Shown here: positions 1-11,014 of the stretch, one piece after another
Layout: the number at the start of each line of letters is the position of its first letter
Numbering within the stretch: the stretch's first letter is position 1
DNA from: an uncultured Sphingomonas sp.
GTDB taxonomy: Bacteria > Pseudomonadota > Alphaproteobacteria > Sphingomonadales > Sphingomonadaceae
Assembly (NCBI GenBank): GCA_966424035.1
Contig: CBJLMA010000009.1
Coordinates: forward strand, 2,275 to 66,274
Reading direction: 5' to 3'
Length of the DNA: 64,000 nucleotides
Made by a program: the position numbers and the translations under genes
The notes under the pieces: generated by a model
Database searches by the model: none
What the model saw: the letters and a program-made list of their open reading frames with translations, nothing else
Told to the model about the DNA's origin: nothing

Positions 1-247
1 CGGCAATTGGTGGACGTCCGCAAGCCCCGCTTCGCACTTCACCTTCAGCCTGATTGCGGCGCGTTCGCCGGCCGGGCGGCGTCACGCGTTGCGCAATTTC
101 GACTATTCGATCCATGTGACCGGCGGCGCGAGCGAGAAGCGCCGGCTCGGGAGCATTGAGGAAGTCTGCACCGTGCTGGAAGAGGCCTTCGGAATCGGCA
201 TTCCGGATCGCGAGCTGCTCGTTTCGCGCCTCGAGGCGCTCGCATGA
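1..247 (+). CDS. Arylamine N-acetyltransferase family protein, C-terminal part (5' truncated by window edge)
   Basis: Frame 2 is open from the window edge: GNWWTSASPASHFTFSLIAARSPAGRRHALRNFDYSIH...LEEAFGI...LA*, resembling the NAT C-terminal domain. Its TGA overlaps the next ATG (ATGA). Confidence 0.7.
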   Translation, partial: GNWWTSASPASHFTFSLIAARSPAGRRHALRNFDYSIHVTGGASEKRRLGSIEEVCTVLEEAFGIGIPDRELLVSRLEALA

Positions 248-777
248 GCTGGCGCGCCGACGTGCTCAAATTCTGGTTCGGCCTGTCCTATGACGAATGG
301 TGGAAGGGCGGCTCGGCGATCGATCATCGGATCAAGCAGCGCTTCCTAAGCCTTTGGGCGGAGAAGCGTCAGTTGCCTGTTGATGCGTTCCTCACCGACC
401 CGTTGACGGCTCTCGCCGGAGTTATCCTGTTCGACCAGTTCCCGCGGAACATGTTCCGCGGCCACGCCGAGCAGTTTGCGACCGATCATTTGGCTCTCGC
501 AGTCTCGAAAGGCGCTGTCGACCAAGCCTTCGACAAGGAGCTGCAACCGAAAGAGCGCGGGTTTCTTTACATGCCCTTTCAGCACAGCGAGAACCTTGCC
601 GACCAGAACCGTTCGCTGCTGCTGTTCACCGACCTCGGCGATGCCGAGCAACTGAGCTACGCCAAGAAGCACCACGATATCATCGAGCGTTTCGGCCGCT
701 TCCCGCATCGCAATGCGATGCTCGGACGCGCTCCCCGCCCGGACGAGCTCGCTGCTGGCAACGTGGTGCCCTGGTGA
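244..777 (+). CDS. DUF924 family protein
   Basis: Motifs FWF, ILFDQFPRNMFRG, FLYMPFQHSE, IIERFGRFPHRN. Confidence 0.92.
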   Translation: MSWRADVLKFWFGLSYDEWWKGGSAIDHRIKQRFLSLWAEKRQLPVDAFLTDPLTALAGVILFDQFPRNMFRGHAEQFATDHLALAVSKGAVDQAFDKELQPKERGFLYMPFQHSENLADQNRSLLLFTDLGDAEQLSYAKKHHDIIERFGRFPHRNAMLGRAPRPDELAAGNVVPW

Positions 778-983
778 GCGATCTCGTAGAAGCGGCGCGT
801 TATTCGAGCCGGGTGGAGGCGGACCTTGCCCGCCTTTATCTTGAGAATGAAGGCGTCGAGTCCGTGCTTTTCGACGCGGACATACAAGGCATCGGATGGG
901 GACCCATGATCCCAGTCAGAGTCATGGTGTTGGACGAAGACCTGGCTGAAGCTCTTCGGCTGCTGCGCGACTACAAACCCTAA
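774..983 (+). CDS. DUF2007-like putative signal-transducing small protein
   Basis: EADLARLYLENEGVESVLFD...VRVMVLDEDLAEALRLL pattern; GTG start overlaps the upstream stop. Confidence 0.8.
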   Translation: MSDLVEAARYSSRVEADLARLYLENEGVESVLFDADIQGIGWGPMIPVRVMVLDEDLAEALRLLRDYKP

Positions 984-1387
984 AGCAGATGCGAGATTGG
1001 GCCGGGGTCGAAGCCGGCGGACAACAGACGCTGCTGGACCTCCTGTGCGGATGCGCCTTCCTGATGCTGTGCTAACCCGACCGCAAGCGCGGAGCGCGTG
1101 CCCGAGCGACAGAACGCCAGCATCTTGCCGCCTTCGGCGTCGCGCAGTGCCTTTTGCATTTCCTCGACATCGGCAGGACCGATGCCGCGGATGATCGGAA
1201 CGAACCGGTAGGAAATTCCAGCTGCCGCCGCAGCCGCCTCGATTTCGGATGCGAGCGGCTGGCCCGCCTCCTCGCCGTCGGGACGGTTGTTGACCAGCAC
1301 CGTGACACCCTGCTCCGCAAGCCCGGAAACTTCGTCAGGGGCGACTTGGCCGCTCACCAGGACCTTTTCGCCGAGCTGGCGGATCAT
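980..1387 (-). CDS. TIGR01244 family sulfurtransferase/phosphatase-like protein
   Basis: VSGQ, VNNRPDGEE and AFCRSGTRS motifs; start reassigned to MIRQLGEK at 1387. Confidence 0.88.
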   Translation of the reverse strand: MIRQLGEKVLVSGQVAPDEVSGLAEQGVTVLVNNRPDGEEAGQPLASEIEAAAAAAGISYRFVPIIRGIGPADVEEMQKALRDAEGGKMLAFCRSGTRSALAVGLAQHQEGASAQEVQQRLLSAGFDPGPISHLL

Positions 1388-1391
1388 ATGG

Positions 1392-3614
1392 CTATTCCCC
1401 CCTCTCGCCCTTCTTCGGCGGCACCGCCGGAGCCGGCGCGGATGCCGGTGGACTTGCCGCCGGCGCTGCCGCACCGCCGCTCAGCCCATAATAATCTAGA
1501 TAGGGCTGGATCTGTGGGTCGTGGCCCGCCCAGGCGCGGTACATTTCGGCATAGTCGAGCGTATTGCCGCGCGACAGCACCATGTCTCGGAAGCGCTGGC
1601 CGTTGGCGCGTGTGAGGCCGCCATTGGCTTCGAAGTTCGCGAAGGCGTCCTGGCCGAGCATGCGAGTCCACGGATAGGCATAATAGCCGGCCGAATAGCC
1701 ATTGCTCCAGATATGCAGGAAATAGCTCGACCGATAGCGCGGCGGAACATCGGCCGCGTCGAAGCCGCCGGTTGCAAGCGCATTCGCTTCGAACTTGTCG
1801 ACGTCCTGGCGCGGCGCGCTTGCAGGCAGCGAGTGCCAGTCGAGGTCAAGTCGCGCCGCCTCAAGCACTTCGCCCAATTCATAACCCTGGTTGAAGGTCC
1901 GCGCGGCCTTGATCTTGTCGATCAGCGGCTGAGGAAGCGGCTGCCCCGTCTGATAATGCACGGCATAGTGCGGGAGCACCTTTGGATCGAGCGCCCAATT
2001 CTCGTTGAACTGCGAAGGGAACTCGACGAAATCGCGCGCCACGTTGGTGCCCGAAAGCGTCGGATAGGTCTCGGCGGCGAACATTCCATGCAGTGCATGG
2101 CCGAACTCGTGGAACATGGTCGTCACGTCGTCGAAGCTGATCAACGCCGGCTGACCCGGGGCCGGCTTGGTGAAGTTCTGGACGTTGTAGACAACCGGCT
2201 TGGTGCCGCGGAGGTACGATTGGTTGACTAGGTTCGACATCCAAGCGCCGCCATTCTTATTGTCGCGCTTCCACGGATCGATCATGAAAATGGCAAGCTC
2301 GCTGCCGTCCTTGTCGTAAACTTGAAAGACCCGCATGTCCGGGCTCCAGGTCGGTATGTCGTGCCGCTCCTTGAAGGTCAGGCCGTAAAGCTGGTTCGCT
2401 GCGTAAAAGACGCCGTCAGTCAACACCTTGTTGAACTCGAAATATGGCTTCAGCTCGTCCTGGTTGAGCGCGTAGCGCTGCTTGCGAATCTGCTCTGCAT
2501 AGAAGTTCCAGTCGGCGGCGGTCGGCTGGAATTTGGCGCCCTGCGACGAGGCCAGGGCCTTGATGTCGGACCACTCCTGACGTTCCTTCGCAGAAACTGC
2601 AGGCGCGAGGCGGTCGAGGAAGCCCACCGCCGTCGCGCGGTTCTTGGCCATCTGGTCGTAAAGCGTATAGTCGGCCCAATTGTCGTTTCCGAACAGCGCC
2701 GCCTTCTTGGCACGCAGCTCGGCGATTTCGCTGACGATCGCGCGCGTGTCGTTCGCATCGCCGTGCTCGGCACGATCGAGGCTCGCCCCAAAAAGTCTCT
2801 GACGTGTGTCGTGGCTGGTCAGTGACGACAGGGGCGGCTGCTGCGTCGTGTTCTGAAGGGTCAGGACGTAGCCAGAGACCTTGCGGTCCTTTGCGGCTTC
2901 CTGAGCGGCGGCGAGTTGCTGTCGCGAGAGGCCAGCCAAAGGCGCCGGATCATCGAAGTGAAGCGCGCCGGCCTTGGCCGCGGCGAGGAGCTTCTGGCCG
3001 AACTCGGTCTGAAGCGTGCTCAGCCGCTTGTTCATAACCCTGAGCTCGGTCTGCTTGGCGGGCGGAAGCTCCGCCCCGGCATGGACGAACTGCTTGTAAT
3101 AGACGTCGAGCAGCTTCGCCTGCTCCGGGTTCAGGTTGAGCGCTGCCTGGTGATCGTGGAGATATTTGAAGCGCTGATAGAGCTTCGGGTTCAAATAAAT
3201 GAAGTCACTGTGCGCTGCGAGCAAAGGCGCGGTCTTGGTGTCGGTCGCCTGCAGCGTGTCGTTGGTATTGGCTCCATTGACCGCGCTGAACGCGAGGCTG
3301 GCGCGTTCCAGGAGCAGCCCGGACCGCTCCATCGCTACGACGGTGTTGCCGAACGTCGGCGTCGCCGCCTGGTTCGCGATGGCCATCACTTCGCGCTTCT
3401 GCTGTGCCATTCCAGCGAGCAGCGCAGGCAGATAGTCGCTGTCCTTGATCTTCGAGAAGTCGGGCGTCTGGAAAGGAAGCGTGCTCGGCTTGGCGAATGG
3501 ATTGGACGCGACCAGCGTTGCCGGCGCAGTCGTCGGTGACTTGCGCGTAACTGCAGCAGCCGGCGTCGCAAATATGGTCAACGCCGCGGTCGCCAGAAGG
3601 ATGTTGCGGATCAT
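1392..3614 (-). CDS. dcp: M3 family metallopeptidase (peptidyl-dipeptidase Dcp-like), secreted
   Basis: Signal peptide; GGAWM, FHEFGHALH zinc motif, DFVEFPSQ, GYSAGYYAY. Confidence 0.9.
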   Translation of the reverse strand: MIRNILLATAALTIFATPAAAVTRKSPTTAPATLVASNPFAKPSTLPFQTPDFSKIKDSDYLPALLAGMAQQKREVMAIANQAATPTFGNTVVAMERSGLLLERASLAFSAVNGANTNDTLQATDTKTAPLLAAHSDFIYLNPKLYQRFKYLHDHQAALNLNPEQAKLLDVYYKQFVHAGAELPPAKQTELRVMNKRLSTLQTEFGQKLLAAAKAGALHFDDPAPLAGLSRQQLAAAQEAAKDRKVSGYVLTLQNTTQQPPLSSLTSHDTRQRLFGASLDRAEHGDANDTRAIVSEIAELRAKKAALFGNDNWADYTLYDQMAKNRATAVGFLDRLAPAVSAKERQEWSDIKALASSQGAKFQPTAADWNFYAEQIRKQRYALNQDELKPYFEFNKVLTDGVFYAANQLYGLTFKERHDIPTWSPDMRVFQVYDKDGSELAIFMIDPWKRDNKNGGAWMSNLVNQSYLRGTKPVVYNVQNFTKPAPGQPALISFDDVTTMFHEFGHALHGMFAAETYPTLSGTNVARDFVEFPSQFNENWALDPKVLPHYAVHYQTGQPLPQPLIDKIKAARTFNQGYELGEVLEAARLDLDWHSLPASAPRQDVDKFEANALATGGFDAADVPPRYRSSYFLHIWSNGYSAGYYAYPWTRMLGQDAFANFEANGGLTRANGQRFRDMVLSRGNTLDYAEMYRAWAGHDPQIQPYLDYYGLSGGAAAPAASPPASAPAPAVPPKKGERGE

Positions 3615-3688
3615 ATCTCTCCCCGAAGCTTCGGTAATTTAGCGTTAGCGCCTGTCGAACCGCCCGGCGCCTTACGCAAGCCTGAACA

Positions 3689-5446
3689 TCAGTCGTTCGT
3701 CGAAAGGACCGCGAGTATGGCCTCTCCGTAACGCTTGAGCTTGACTGTCCCTATTCCCTGGACTGTTCCCAACTCATTGAGACTGCGCGGCTTTCTTGTG
3801 GCGATTTCGCGCAGAGTGGAATCGTGGAAGATGACGTAAGGGGGAACCCCGGCTTGCGCGGCGAGCGTGCGGCGCGCCTCGCGCAGCGCGTCGAACAACG
3901 GATCCGACGGTCCGTCAAAACCCTTGCGACTGGCTCGCTTGCGCGAAGGCGGCACGGCGATGGTGAGCTGCTGCTCGCCCTTCAGGATCGGCCGCGCACC
4001 GGGTCCGAAACTGAGGCCGCCATAGGCGTCGGCGCGCAGCGCATCGCGGGCAATCAGGGCACGAGAAACCGGACGAATCAGCGCCTGTTCTTCGGTGGTG
4101 GCGATGCCAAAGACCGAGAGCCGGTCATGGCCGAAACTGCGCACCTTCTCATTATCCTTGCCGGCCAGCACGTCGGCGAGGTGGCCGACGCCGAACCGCA
4201 TCTCGGTCCTGAAGGCCGCCGACAGCAGCTTGCGCGCGATCTCGGTCGCGTCGATCGTCGCCGGCGGGTCAAGGCAATTGTCGCAATTGCCGCAATGCTC
4301 AGGCGGATCCTCGCCGAAATGCCTGAGCAGGATCGCGCGGCGACAGCCTGGTGCTTCGACGAATGCGGCGAGCGCGTTCACTCGCTCGCGTTCCGCGGGA
4401 CGACGCTCCGGCTCGACTTCGGTCTCGATCCGCTGTCGTGCTCGGGCAAAATCCTGGGCCGCCCAAAATAGCCATGCCTCGGCAGGCTCGCCGTCGCGAC
4501 CGGCGCGACCCGTCTCCTGGTAATAGGCTTCGATGCTCTTTGGGGCGGCCGCGTGGGCAACGACCCGCACATCTGGCTTGTCGATGCCCATACCGAAGGC
4601 GACGGTTGCCGCGATCACCATATCTTCGGATGCGACAAACGCCGCCTGGTTGCGCTTGCGGACCTGGGGCTCGAGTCCAGCATGATAAGCCACTGACGGC
4701 CGGCCGCCGCTGCCGAGAGTCTCCGCGATCTTCTCGGCTTTGTCACGGCTCGGAGCATAGACGATGGCGGGGCCGGGTTGCCGCGCCAGCAGCCCGAGGA
4801 GCTGCTTCCCGGCCTGCTCGCGATTAACGACGTGGTAGCGGATATTCGGCCGGTCAAATCCGGCAATGATGAGGCCGTCTTCAGGGATGCCAAGTTGCGT
4901 CAGTATATCCGACCGTGTGCGCTGGTCGGCAGTCGCGGTGAGTGCAAGTCGCGGAACATCCGCATGATCATCGAGCAGCGGCTTGAGCTGGCGGTAATCC
5001 GGGCGGAAATCGTGGCCCCATTCGCTGACGCAGTGGGCTTCGTCGATCGCAATCAGTGCGAGGCGGAGACAGCCCAATAGGCGCCGGAACGTCTCGCTCG
5101 TTGCGCGCTCGGGAGCAACGTAGAGCAGGTCGAGTTCGCCGTTCCTCAGCCGCTGGACGGTCTGCTCGCGATTCGCATCCGCCGATGTAAGCGATGCCGC
5201 GTTGAGCCCGATCGCATTCGCGCTTCGGATCTGGTCATGCATCAGCGCGATCAGCGGAGAGATCACGACCGCGGTGCCTTCGCGCGCGACCGCCGGCAGC
5301 TGGTAGCAGAGCGACTTGCCCGCGCCAGTCGGCATCACCGCGAGCGTGTGCTGGCCGGCGAGCACCCGGCCGATCACTTCTTCCTGCACGCCGCGGAAGT
5401 GATCGAAACCGAATACGCCTTTTAAGAGATTGTTGGGGTCGTCCAT
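3689..5446 (-). CDS. recQ: ATP-dependent DNA helicase RecQ
   Basis: MPTGAGKSLCYQLP, DEAHCVSEWGHDFRPDY, QETGRAGRDG, Zn-binding CGNCDNC, C-terminal HRDC. Confidence 0.97.
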   Translation of the reverse strand: MDDPNNLLKGVFGFDHFRGVQEEVIGRVLAGQHTLAVMPTGAGKSLCYQLPAVAREGTAVVISPLIALMHDQIRSANAIGLNAASLTSADANREQTVQRLRNGELDLLYVAPERATSETFRRLLGCLRLALIAIDEAHCVSEWGHDFRPDYRQLKPLLDDHADVPRLALTATADQRTRSDILTQLGIPEDGLIIAGFDRPNIRYHVVNREQAGKQLLGLLARQPGPAIVYAPSRDKAEKIAETLGSGGRPSVAYHAGLEPQVRKRNQAAFVASEDMVIAATVAFGMGIDKPDVRVVAHAAAPKSIEAYYQETGRAGRDGEPAEAWLFWAAQDFARARQRIETEVEPERRPAERERVNALAAFVEAPGCRRAILLRHFGEDPPEHCGNCDNCLDPPATIDATEIARKLLSAAFRTEMRFGVGHLADVLAGKDNEKVRSFGHDRLSVFGIATTEEQALIRPVSRALIARDALRADAYGGLSFGPGARPILKGEQQLTIAVPPSRKRASRKGFDGPSDPLFDALREARRTLAAQAGVPPYVIFHDSTLREIATRKPRSLNELGTVQGIGTVKLKRYGEAILAVLSTND

Positions 5447-5499
5447 AACGCCACTTTCCCGGAGTAGCGTCAGCCAGCCACTAGAGCTAGCCTCGGCTT

Positions 5500-6882
5500 A
5501 TGAAGATTTCGGGGATCACTCGCCGCTCGTTGCTGAGCGTCGGCGGCGCAGCATTGCTCTTTCCGGGTGCCGCCTCTGGAACAGCCGGAAGCTGGCGCGA
5601 GCTCGCTGAAGATGTGCGCTTCGAAATGCGCTGGGCCTGGCGCAACTATCGCGAGCGGGCTTGGGGCAAAGACCAGATCAGGCCGCTCTCGGGCGGGTCC
5701 GAGAGCTTTCCGCTGAAGGACCATCATCTCGGCCTCAGCCTGATCGAAGCGCTCGACACATTGTGGGTCATGGGACTCGACGACGAATTCAGTGAGGGCG
5801 TCGAATGGGTCAAAGCCAATCTCGACTTCGATGTCGACGGTGAAGTCTCAGTGTTCGAAACCTCGATCCGGCTCGTCGGCGGTCTCCTGTCGGCATATCA
5901 CGCATCCGGCGACGTGGCGTTGCTCGCGAAAGCGCGTGAGCTCGCCGATCGGCTCCTTCCAAGCTTCGCCGCGTCCCCGATCGGCATTCCCCATCGTCAT
6001 ATCAATCTTAAGACCGGAGCGGTCGGCGGCCGTGAAACCAACCCGGCGGAGACCGGCACCTTCATCCCCGAATTCGGCTTCCTCAGCCGGGCAACGGGCG
6101 ACGACCGCTATCGCATCGCTGCGAAGCGGGCACTCGTGTCGCTGTTCGAACGTCGCTCGAAGATCGGACTGCTCGCGGACAAGATCGATTGCATCACCGG
6201 CGAATGGAAGAGCCGACGGGCGACGATCGGACCGCCATCGGACAGCTATTATGAATATCTCTGGGACGGCTGGGACCTTTTGGGCGACCGTGACTGCCTT
6301 GCGATGTACCGCTCATGCACTGCTGCAATCCTCGAATACCAGCCGGTGAGGCGCGCCGGAAACCTCTGGTTCGCCAATGTCGACTTCGAAACTGGCAAAC
6401 CGCTCGACACCGAGCAGGATGAGCTCGGTTCTTTTTACGGCGGGCTTCTCGCTCAAGGCGGCGACGCTGCCGTCGGCGCGCTGCACACGCGGACCTGGGC
6501 CAAGGTTCAGGCGCGCTATGGCGTGCTTCCCGAGAGCATCGACAGTTCCGACCTGCGCGCGCTCAGCGTCACCAATGACTTGAGACCCGAGCTCGCCGAC
6601 GCCGCTTTCAACCACTGGCTGCTCGACCGACGCGAGGAGTGGCGGCACATCGTGCGTGACCATTTTCTAGCAATGAAGCGCTGGAACAAGGCCCGTTACG
6701 GCTATGCCGATCTCGCCGATGTAACCGCCAATCCCAAGGTGCAGAGCGACCATTGCCCAGGATATTGGTGGTCGGAACAGATGAAATATTACTATCTCAT
6801 CTTCGCCGACACCGAGCGGGTCGACTACCGTCGGCTCTACCTCAGCACGGAAGGAAATATATTGCGCGGCCTGAGGAGCTGA
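5500..6882 (+). CDS. Glycoside hydrolase family 47 alpha-1,2-mannosidase, Tat-exported
   Basis: TRRSLL Tat signal; AWGKDQIRPLS, VFETSIRLVGGLLSAY, DSYYEYL, LRPEL, final LSTEGN motif. Confidence 0.9.
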   Translation: MKISGITRRSLLSVGGAALLFPGAASGTAGSWRELAEDVRFEMRWAWRNYRERAWGKDQIRPLSGGSESFPLKDHHLGLSLIEALDTLWVMGLDDEFSEGVEWVKANLDFDVDGEVSVFETSIRLVGGLLSAYHASGDVALLAKARELADRLLPSFAASPIGIPHRHINLKTGAVGGRETNPAETGTFIPEFGFLSRATGDDRYRIAAKRALVSLFERRSKIGLLADKIDCITGEWKSRRATIGPPSDSYYEYLWDGWDLLGDRDCLAMYRSCTAAILEYQPVRRAGNLWFANVDFETGKPLDTEQDELGSFYGGLLAQGGDAAVGALHTRTWAKVQARYGVLPESIDSSDLRALSVTNDLRPELADAAFNHWLLDRREEWRHIVRDHFLAMKRWNKARYGYADLADVTANPKVQSDHCPGYWWSEQMKYYYLIFADTERVDYRRLYLSTEGNILRGLRS

Positions 6883-6890
6883 ACGCAGCC

Positions 6891-7826
6891 TTAGTCGAAC
6901 AGGCTGGAGACGGAGCTTTCATCCGCTATCCGGCGAATCGCTTCAGCAAGAAGTGGCGCGATCGTCAGGCGCCGGATCTTGGCGCCCGTAGGATCGGTCT
7001 CTCCGCTCCAGATCGTGTCGGTTACGACCAGTTCACTGAGCTCGGACTTGGCGACGCGCGCCGCTGCGGCGCCCGAAAGCACGCCGTGCGTACAATAAGC
7101 GAACACCTCGACTGCTCCCTGCTGTTTCAGTGCCGCTGCTGCGTTGCACAAAGTGCCCGCCGAATCGACGATGTCGTCGATCAGAATGCAGGTCCGTCCA
7201 TCAACGTCGCCGATGATATTCATCACTTCGGATTCGCCGGCGCGCTCGCGGCGCTTGTCGACGATCGCCAGCGGGGCGTTGTTGAGTCTTTTGGCAAGGC
7301 CGCGTGCGCGGACCACGCCGCCGACGTCGGGGGACACGACGATCAGCTCGCGATTGCCGAAGCGCGCGTGAATGTCGGTCGCGATCACCGGAGAAGCGAA
7401 GAGATTGTCGGTCGGAATATCGAAAAAACCCTGGATCTGCCCGGCGTGCAGGTCAATCGAGAGCACCCGATTGGCGCCGGCGGTGGTGATCAAGTTGGCG
7501 ACCAGCTTGGCGGAGATCGGAGTGCGCGGCCCCGGCTTCCGGTCCTGGCGCGCATAGCCGAAATAAGGGAGCACCGCCGTGATCCTTTTGGCCGACGCGC
7601 GCCGCAGTGCGTCCACGCAGATCAGCAGCTCCATCAAATTGTCGTTGGCCGGATAGCTGGTCGACTGGATCACGAACACGTCCTCGCCCCGGACGTTCTC
7701 GTTGATCTCGACGAACACTTCCTCATCGGCGAAGCGGCGGACGCTCGCGTCGGTCAACGGTATTTCGAGATAGTCGCAAATCGAGCGGGCCAGCGGCAGG
7801 TTGCTGTTCCCGGCGAGCAATTTCAT
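6891..7826 (-). CDS. prs: Ribose-phosphate pyrophosphokinase
   Basis: MKLLAGNSN start; [33 protein letters not shown]. Confidence 0.97.
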   Translation of the reverse strand: MKLLAGNSNLPLARSICDYLEIPLTDASVRRFADEEVFVEINENVRGEDVFVIQSTSYPANDNLMELLICVDALRRASAKRITAVLPYFGYARQDRKPGPRTPISAKLVANLITTAGANRVLSIDLHAGQIQGFFDIPTDNLFASPVIATDIHARFGNRELIVVSPDVGGVVRARGLAKRLNNAPLAIVDKRRERAGESEVMNIIGDVDGRTCILIDDIVDSAGTLCNAAAALKQQGAVEVFAYCTHGVLSGAAAARVAKSELSELVVTDTIWSGETDPTGAKIRRLTIAPLLAEAIRRIADESSVSSLFD

Positions 7827-7921
7827 GGTTCGGTTTTCCCCAGCAGCGACTCGGGGCTTTAGCGAGCGAGTCACGGTTCCGTAAAGCTTGCCCGCAGTCG
7901 GAACGTCGCTACATCGCCCGC

Positions 7922-9595
7922 ATGACCGCCATGGGGCCCCACCGCCTTCGCATCGCATTCGCGCAGATGAACCAGCGTGTCGGCGATCTCGAGGCCAACG
8001 CTTCCGCAATCCTGGAGATGCGTCGCAAAGCCGCCGGAGCCGACCTCCTGTTGGTTCCGGAGCTTCAGCTGACCGGCTATCCGCCCGAGGACCTGGTGCT
8101 CAAGCCGGAGTTCGTTCGCCGCGCGCATGAATGCGCCGATCAGCTGGTCGCAGCGACCGTCGAGCCGGGACCGGCGATCCTGTTCGGCACCGTCGTCAGC
8201 GAAGGCGGTGTCGCCTACAATGCGTTCGTCCTCGCCGACGGCGGCAGAGTGCTCGACCGGACCCTCAAGCGCGAACTGCCCAATTACGGCACGTTCGACG
8301 AGAAGCGCATCTTCGCGCCGGGGCCGCTGCCGAAGCCGATGGAGTTCAAGGGAGTGAAGATCGGCGTGCCGATCTGCGAGGACATCTGGCAGGAGATCGT
8401 CTGCGCGCACCTTGCCGAAGCGGGCGCGGAAATGCTGCTTGTCCCGAACGGCAGTCCCTACGAGCTCGACAAGGACGACATCCGTTATCGGCTGGTGCGA
8501 TCGAGGGCGCTGCAGACTGGGCTGCCGATTGCCTATCTGAACCGAGTCGGCGGCCAGGATGAGCTGGCGTTCGACGGCTCATCCTTCGTCGTTCACCCCG
8601 ACGGGGAGCGCGTGGTTCAACTGTGCGACTGGGAGGAATCGCTGCTCGTCACCGACTGGGAACCCACGAGCCAGGGATGGCGCTGCACGACGCGCGAGAC
8701 CCATGTGCTCGACAGCTTTCCCGAGGATGTCTACCGCGCAATGATGGTGGGCCTAAGCGATTACGTGGCCCGCAACGGTTTTTCGGGCGTGATCCTTGGC
8801 CTCTCCGGTGGAATCGACAGCGCGCTTTCCGCGGCGGTGGCGGTTGACGCGCTCGGGCCCGAGAAGGTCTGGTGCGTGATGCTGCCGTCAAAGTACACGA
8901 GCGACGAAAGCCTCGCCGACGCGCGAGATTGTGCACGACTGCTCGGCTGCCGTCATGACGTCATCTCGATCGCTCCGGGCGTCGAGGCGATTGACGCAAT
9001 GCTTCCCCGGCTAAGCGGCCTCGCCGCGGAGAATGTCCAGGCGCGCTTGCGGATGGTGACCCTGATGGCGCTATCCAACGCCGAGGGTCAGATGCTGCTC
9101 ACGACCGGCAACAAAAGCGAGATGAGTGTCGGCTATGCCACCCTCTACGGCGACATGGCGGGCGGCTACTCGGTTCTGAAGGATGCGTACAAGACGACCG
9201 TTTTCGCTTTGTCTCGCTGGCGCAACCGCAATAAGCCGGAAGGCGCGTTCGGCCCCGACGGACCGGTCATGCCGGAGAATGTCATCACCAAACCTCCGAC
9301 GGCCGAGCTCCGGCCAGGACAGAAGGACGAGGACAGCCTTCCGCCTTATTCGGTGCTCGATCGGATACTCGAAGGCCTTGTCGACAAGGAATTGTCGGTG
9401 AAGGAGGTCGCCGCCGCGACCGGCGAGGATATTGCGTTGGTCAGCGACATCGAATCGAAGCTGCTCAAGGCCGAATACAAGCGCCGCCAGGCGCCGCCAG
9501 GGGTGAAGATCGGCAGCAGGAACTTCGGCCGCGATCGCCGTTACCCGATCAGCAACTTCTTCCACACCGACCCGCGCGCGAAGCTGCCGCGATGA
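7922..9595 (+). CDS. nadE: Glutamine-dependent NAD+ synthetase
   Basis: N-terminal nitrilase domain ([17 protein letters not shown]) plus [26 protein letters not shown]. Confidence 0.96.
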   Translation: MTAMGPHRLRIAFAQMNQRVGDLEANASAILEMRRKAAGADLLLVPELQLTGYPPEDLVLKPEFVRRAHECADQLVAATVEPGPAILFGTVVSEGGVAYNAFVLADGGRVLDRTLKRELPNYGTFDEKRIFAPGPLPKPMEFKGVKIGVPICEDIWQEIVCAHLAEAGAEMLLVPNGSPYELDKDDIRYRLVRSRALQTGLPIAYLNRVGGQDELAFDGSSFVVHPDGERVVQLCDWEESLLVTDWEPTSQGWRCTTRETHVLDSFPEDVYRAMMVGLSDYVARNGFSGVILGLSGGIDSALSAAVAVDALGPEKVWCVMLPSKYTSDESLADARDCARLLGCRHDVISIAPGVEAIDAMLPRLSGLAAENVQARLRMVTLMALSNAEGQMLLTTGNKSEMSVGYATLYGDMAGGYSVLKDAYKTTVFALSRWRNRNKPEGAFGPDGPVMPENVITKPPTAELRPGQKDEDSLPPYSVLDRILEGLVDKELSVKEVAAATGEDIALVSDIESKLLKAEYKRRQAPPGVKIGSRNFGRDRRYPISNFFHTDPRAKLPR

Positions 9596-10911
9596 GCGTC
9601 GTCACTCGCTTTGCGCCGTCGCCCACCGGGCGGCTTCACGTGGGCAACATCCGCACTGCGCTGCACAATTTCCTGTTTGCAAAGAAGCATTGCGGATGCT
9701 TCGTCCTGCGGATCGACGACACCGACCGGGAGCGCTCGACGGCGGAGTTCGATCGTGCAATCAGCGACGACCTCAGTTGGCTGGGCCTGGAACCGGACAG
9801 AATCGTCCGCCAGTCCGAACGATTTGATCTCTACGAGCGCGAGTTCGGGCGTCTCAAGAGCGCGGGCCGTGTCTACGCCTGTTACGAGACTCAGGAAGAG
9901 CTGGAGCTTCGGCGCAAGATATTGCTCGGGCGGGGATTGCCCCCGGTGTACGAGCGCAGGCCCGCCGACGCGCCGGCGCCGGACGGCCGCACGCCCCACT
10001 GGCGATTCCGGCTTGATCATGATGCGCCGATCGTCTGGAACGACCTGATCCGCGGCGAGCAACGATTCGATCCAAAGCTGCTAAGCGACCCGATTGTGCG
10101 CCGGGAGGATGGCAGCTGGCTCTATCTGCTGCCGAGCGTGATCGACGATGTGGATCTGGGCATCACGCACATCGTGCGCGGCGAGGATCATGTCTCCAAC
10201 AGCGCGGCGCAGATCCAGATGTTCGAAGCTCTGGGCGCAACGCCGCCGGAGTTCGCGCACGAGGCTCTGCTCGTAGCCGCGGAGGGTAAATTGTCGAAGC
10301 GGCTAGGCTCCTATGGAACCGAGCATCTGCGCGCTGAAGGTGTCGAGCCCTTGGCGATGCTGTCCGTGCTTGCCCGGATTGGCACGTCGCAGCCGGTCGA
10401 GCCGACGGCTTCGCTCGATGAGCTTGCTGCAGGCTTCGATTTTTCAACGTTCGGGCGTGCGCCGGCACATTTCGACCCGAAGGAGGTCGAGCTGGTCAAC
10501 GCGCGGCTGCTGCACAAGCTGGACTATGCCGTGGTTGCTGGCCGTCTGCCCGAAGGCGCAAGCGAACAGGACTGGCTGCTGCTTCGGCCGAATGTCGAGC
10601 GGCTGAGCGACTTCGCCGCCTGGTTCGCGGTCCTCCACCGCGACATCGATCCGCCAGAGCTCGGCCACGAAGACCGGCTGCTGGTCAAGGACGCCGCTAC
10701 GATCGCGGAGAAGCTCGACTGGTCGGCCGAGCCGTGGCGCGCCCTCACCGAGGAGCTCAAGCGCATCTCGGGCAAGAAGGGGCGCGAGCTGTTCCATCCG
10801 TTGCGACTCGCGCTGACCGGGCGCGAAAGCGGGCCGGAGATGGCCGGCCTGGTGGCTCGGATGGGGAAGGACCGCGCAATCAGGCGTCTCGAAGCTGCCG
10901 CGAAGCGCTGA
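9592..10911 (+). CDS. gltX: Glutamate--tRNA ligase
   Basis: RFAPSPTGRLHVGN, LRIDDTD, RGEDH, KLSKR. Confidence 0.95.
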   Translation: MSVVTRFAPSPTGRLHVGNIRTALHNFLFAKKHCGCFVLRIDDTDRERSTAEFDRAISDDLSWLGLEPDRIVRQSERFDLYEREFGRLKSAGRVYACYETQEELELRRKILLGRGLPPVYERRPADAPAPDGRTPHWRFRLDHDAPIVWNDLIRGEQRFDPKLLSDPIVRREDGSWLYLLPSVIDDVDLGITHIVRGEDHVSNSAAQIQMFEALGATPPEFAHEALLVAAEGKLSKRLGSYGTEHLRAEGVEPLAMLSVLARIGTSQPVEPTASLDELAAGFDFSTFGRAPAHFDPKEVELVNARLLHKLDYAVVAGRLPEGASEQDWLLLRPNVERLSDFAAWFAVLHRDIDPPELGHEDRLLVKDAATIAEKLDWSAEPWRALTEELKRISGKKGRELFHPLRLALTGRESGPEMAGLVARMGKDRAIRRLEAAAKR

Positions 10912-11014
10912 GCGAATTTTCCTTTACCTTGCCTGACACAAAGCCTCTTCACCATGAACGTGTGATGATGTAACATGTCTGTCGCCGAACCGCTTTGGGA
11001 GAGGAGGTTCTTCG

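Noticed and set aside
10960-10976. TGTGATGATGTAAC upstream of tonB resembling TGTGATGGTGCAAC at 59873
   Set aside because: Only two instances, near unrelated genes; could be chance.
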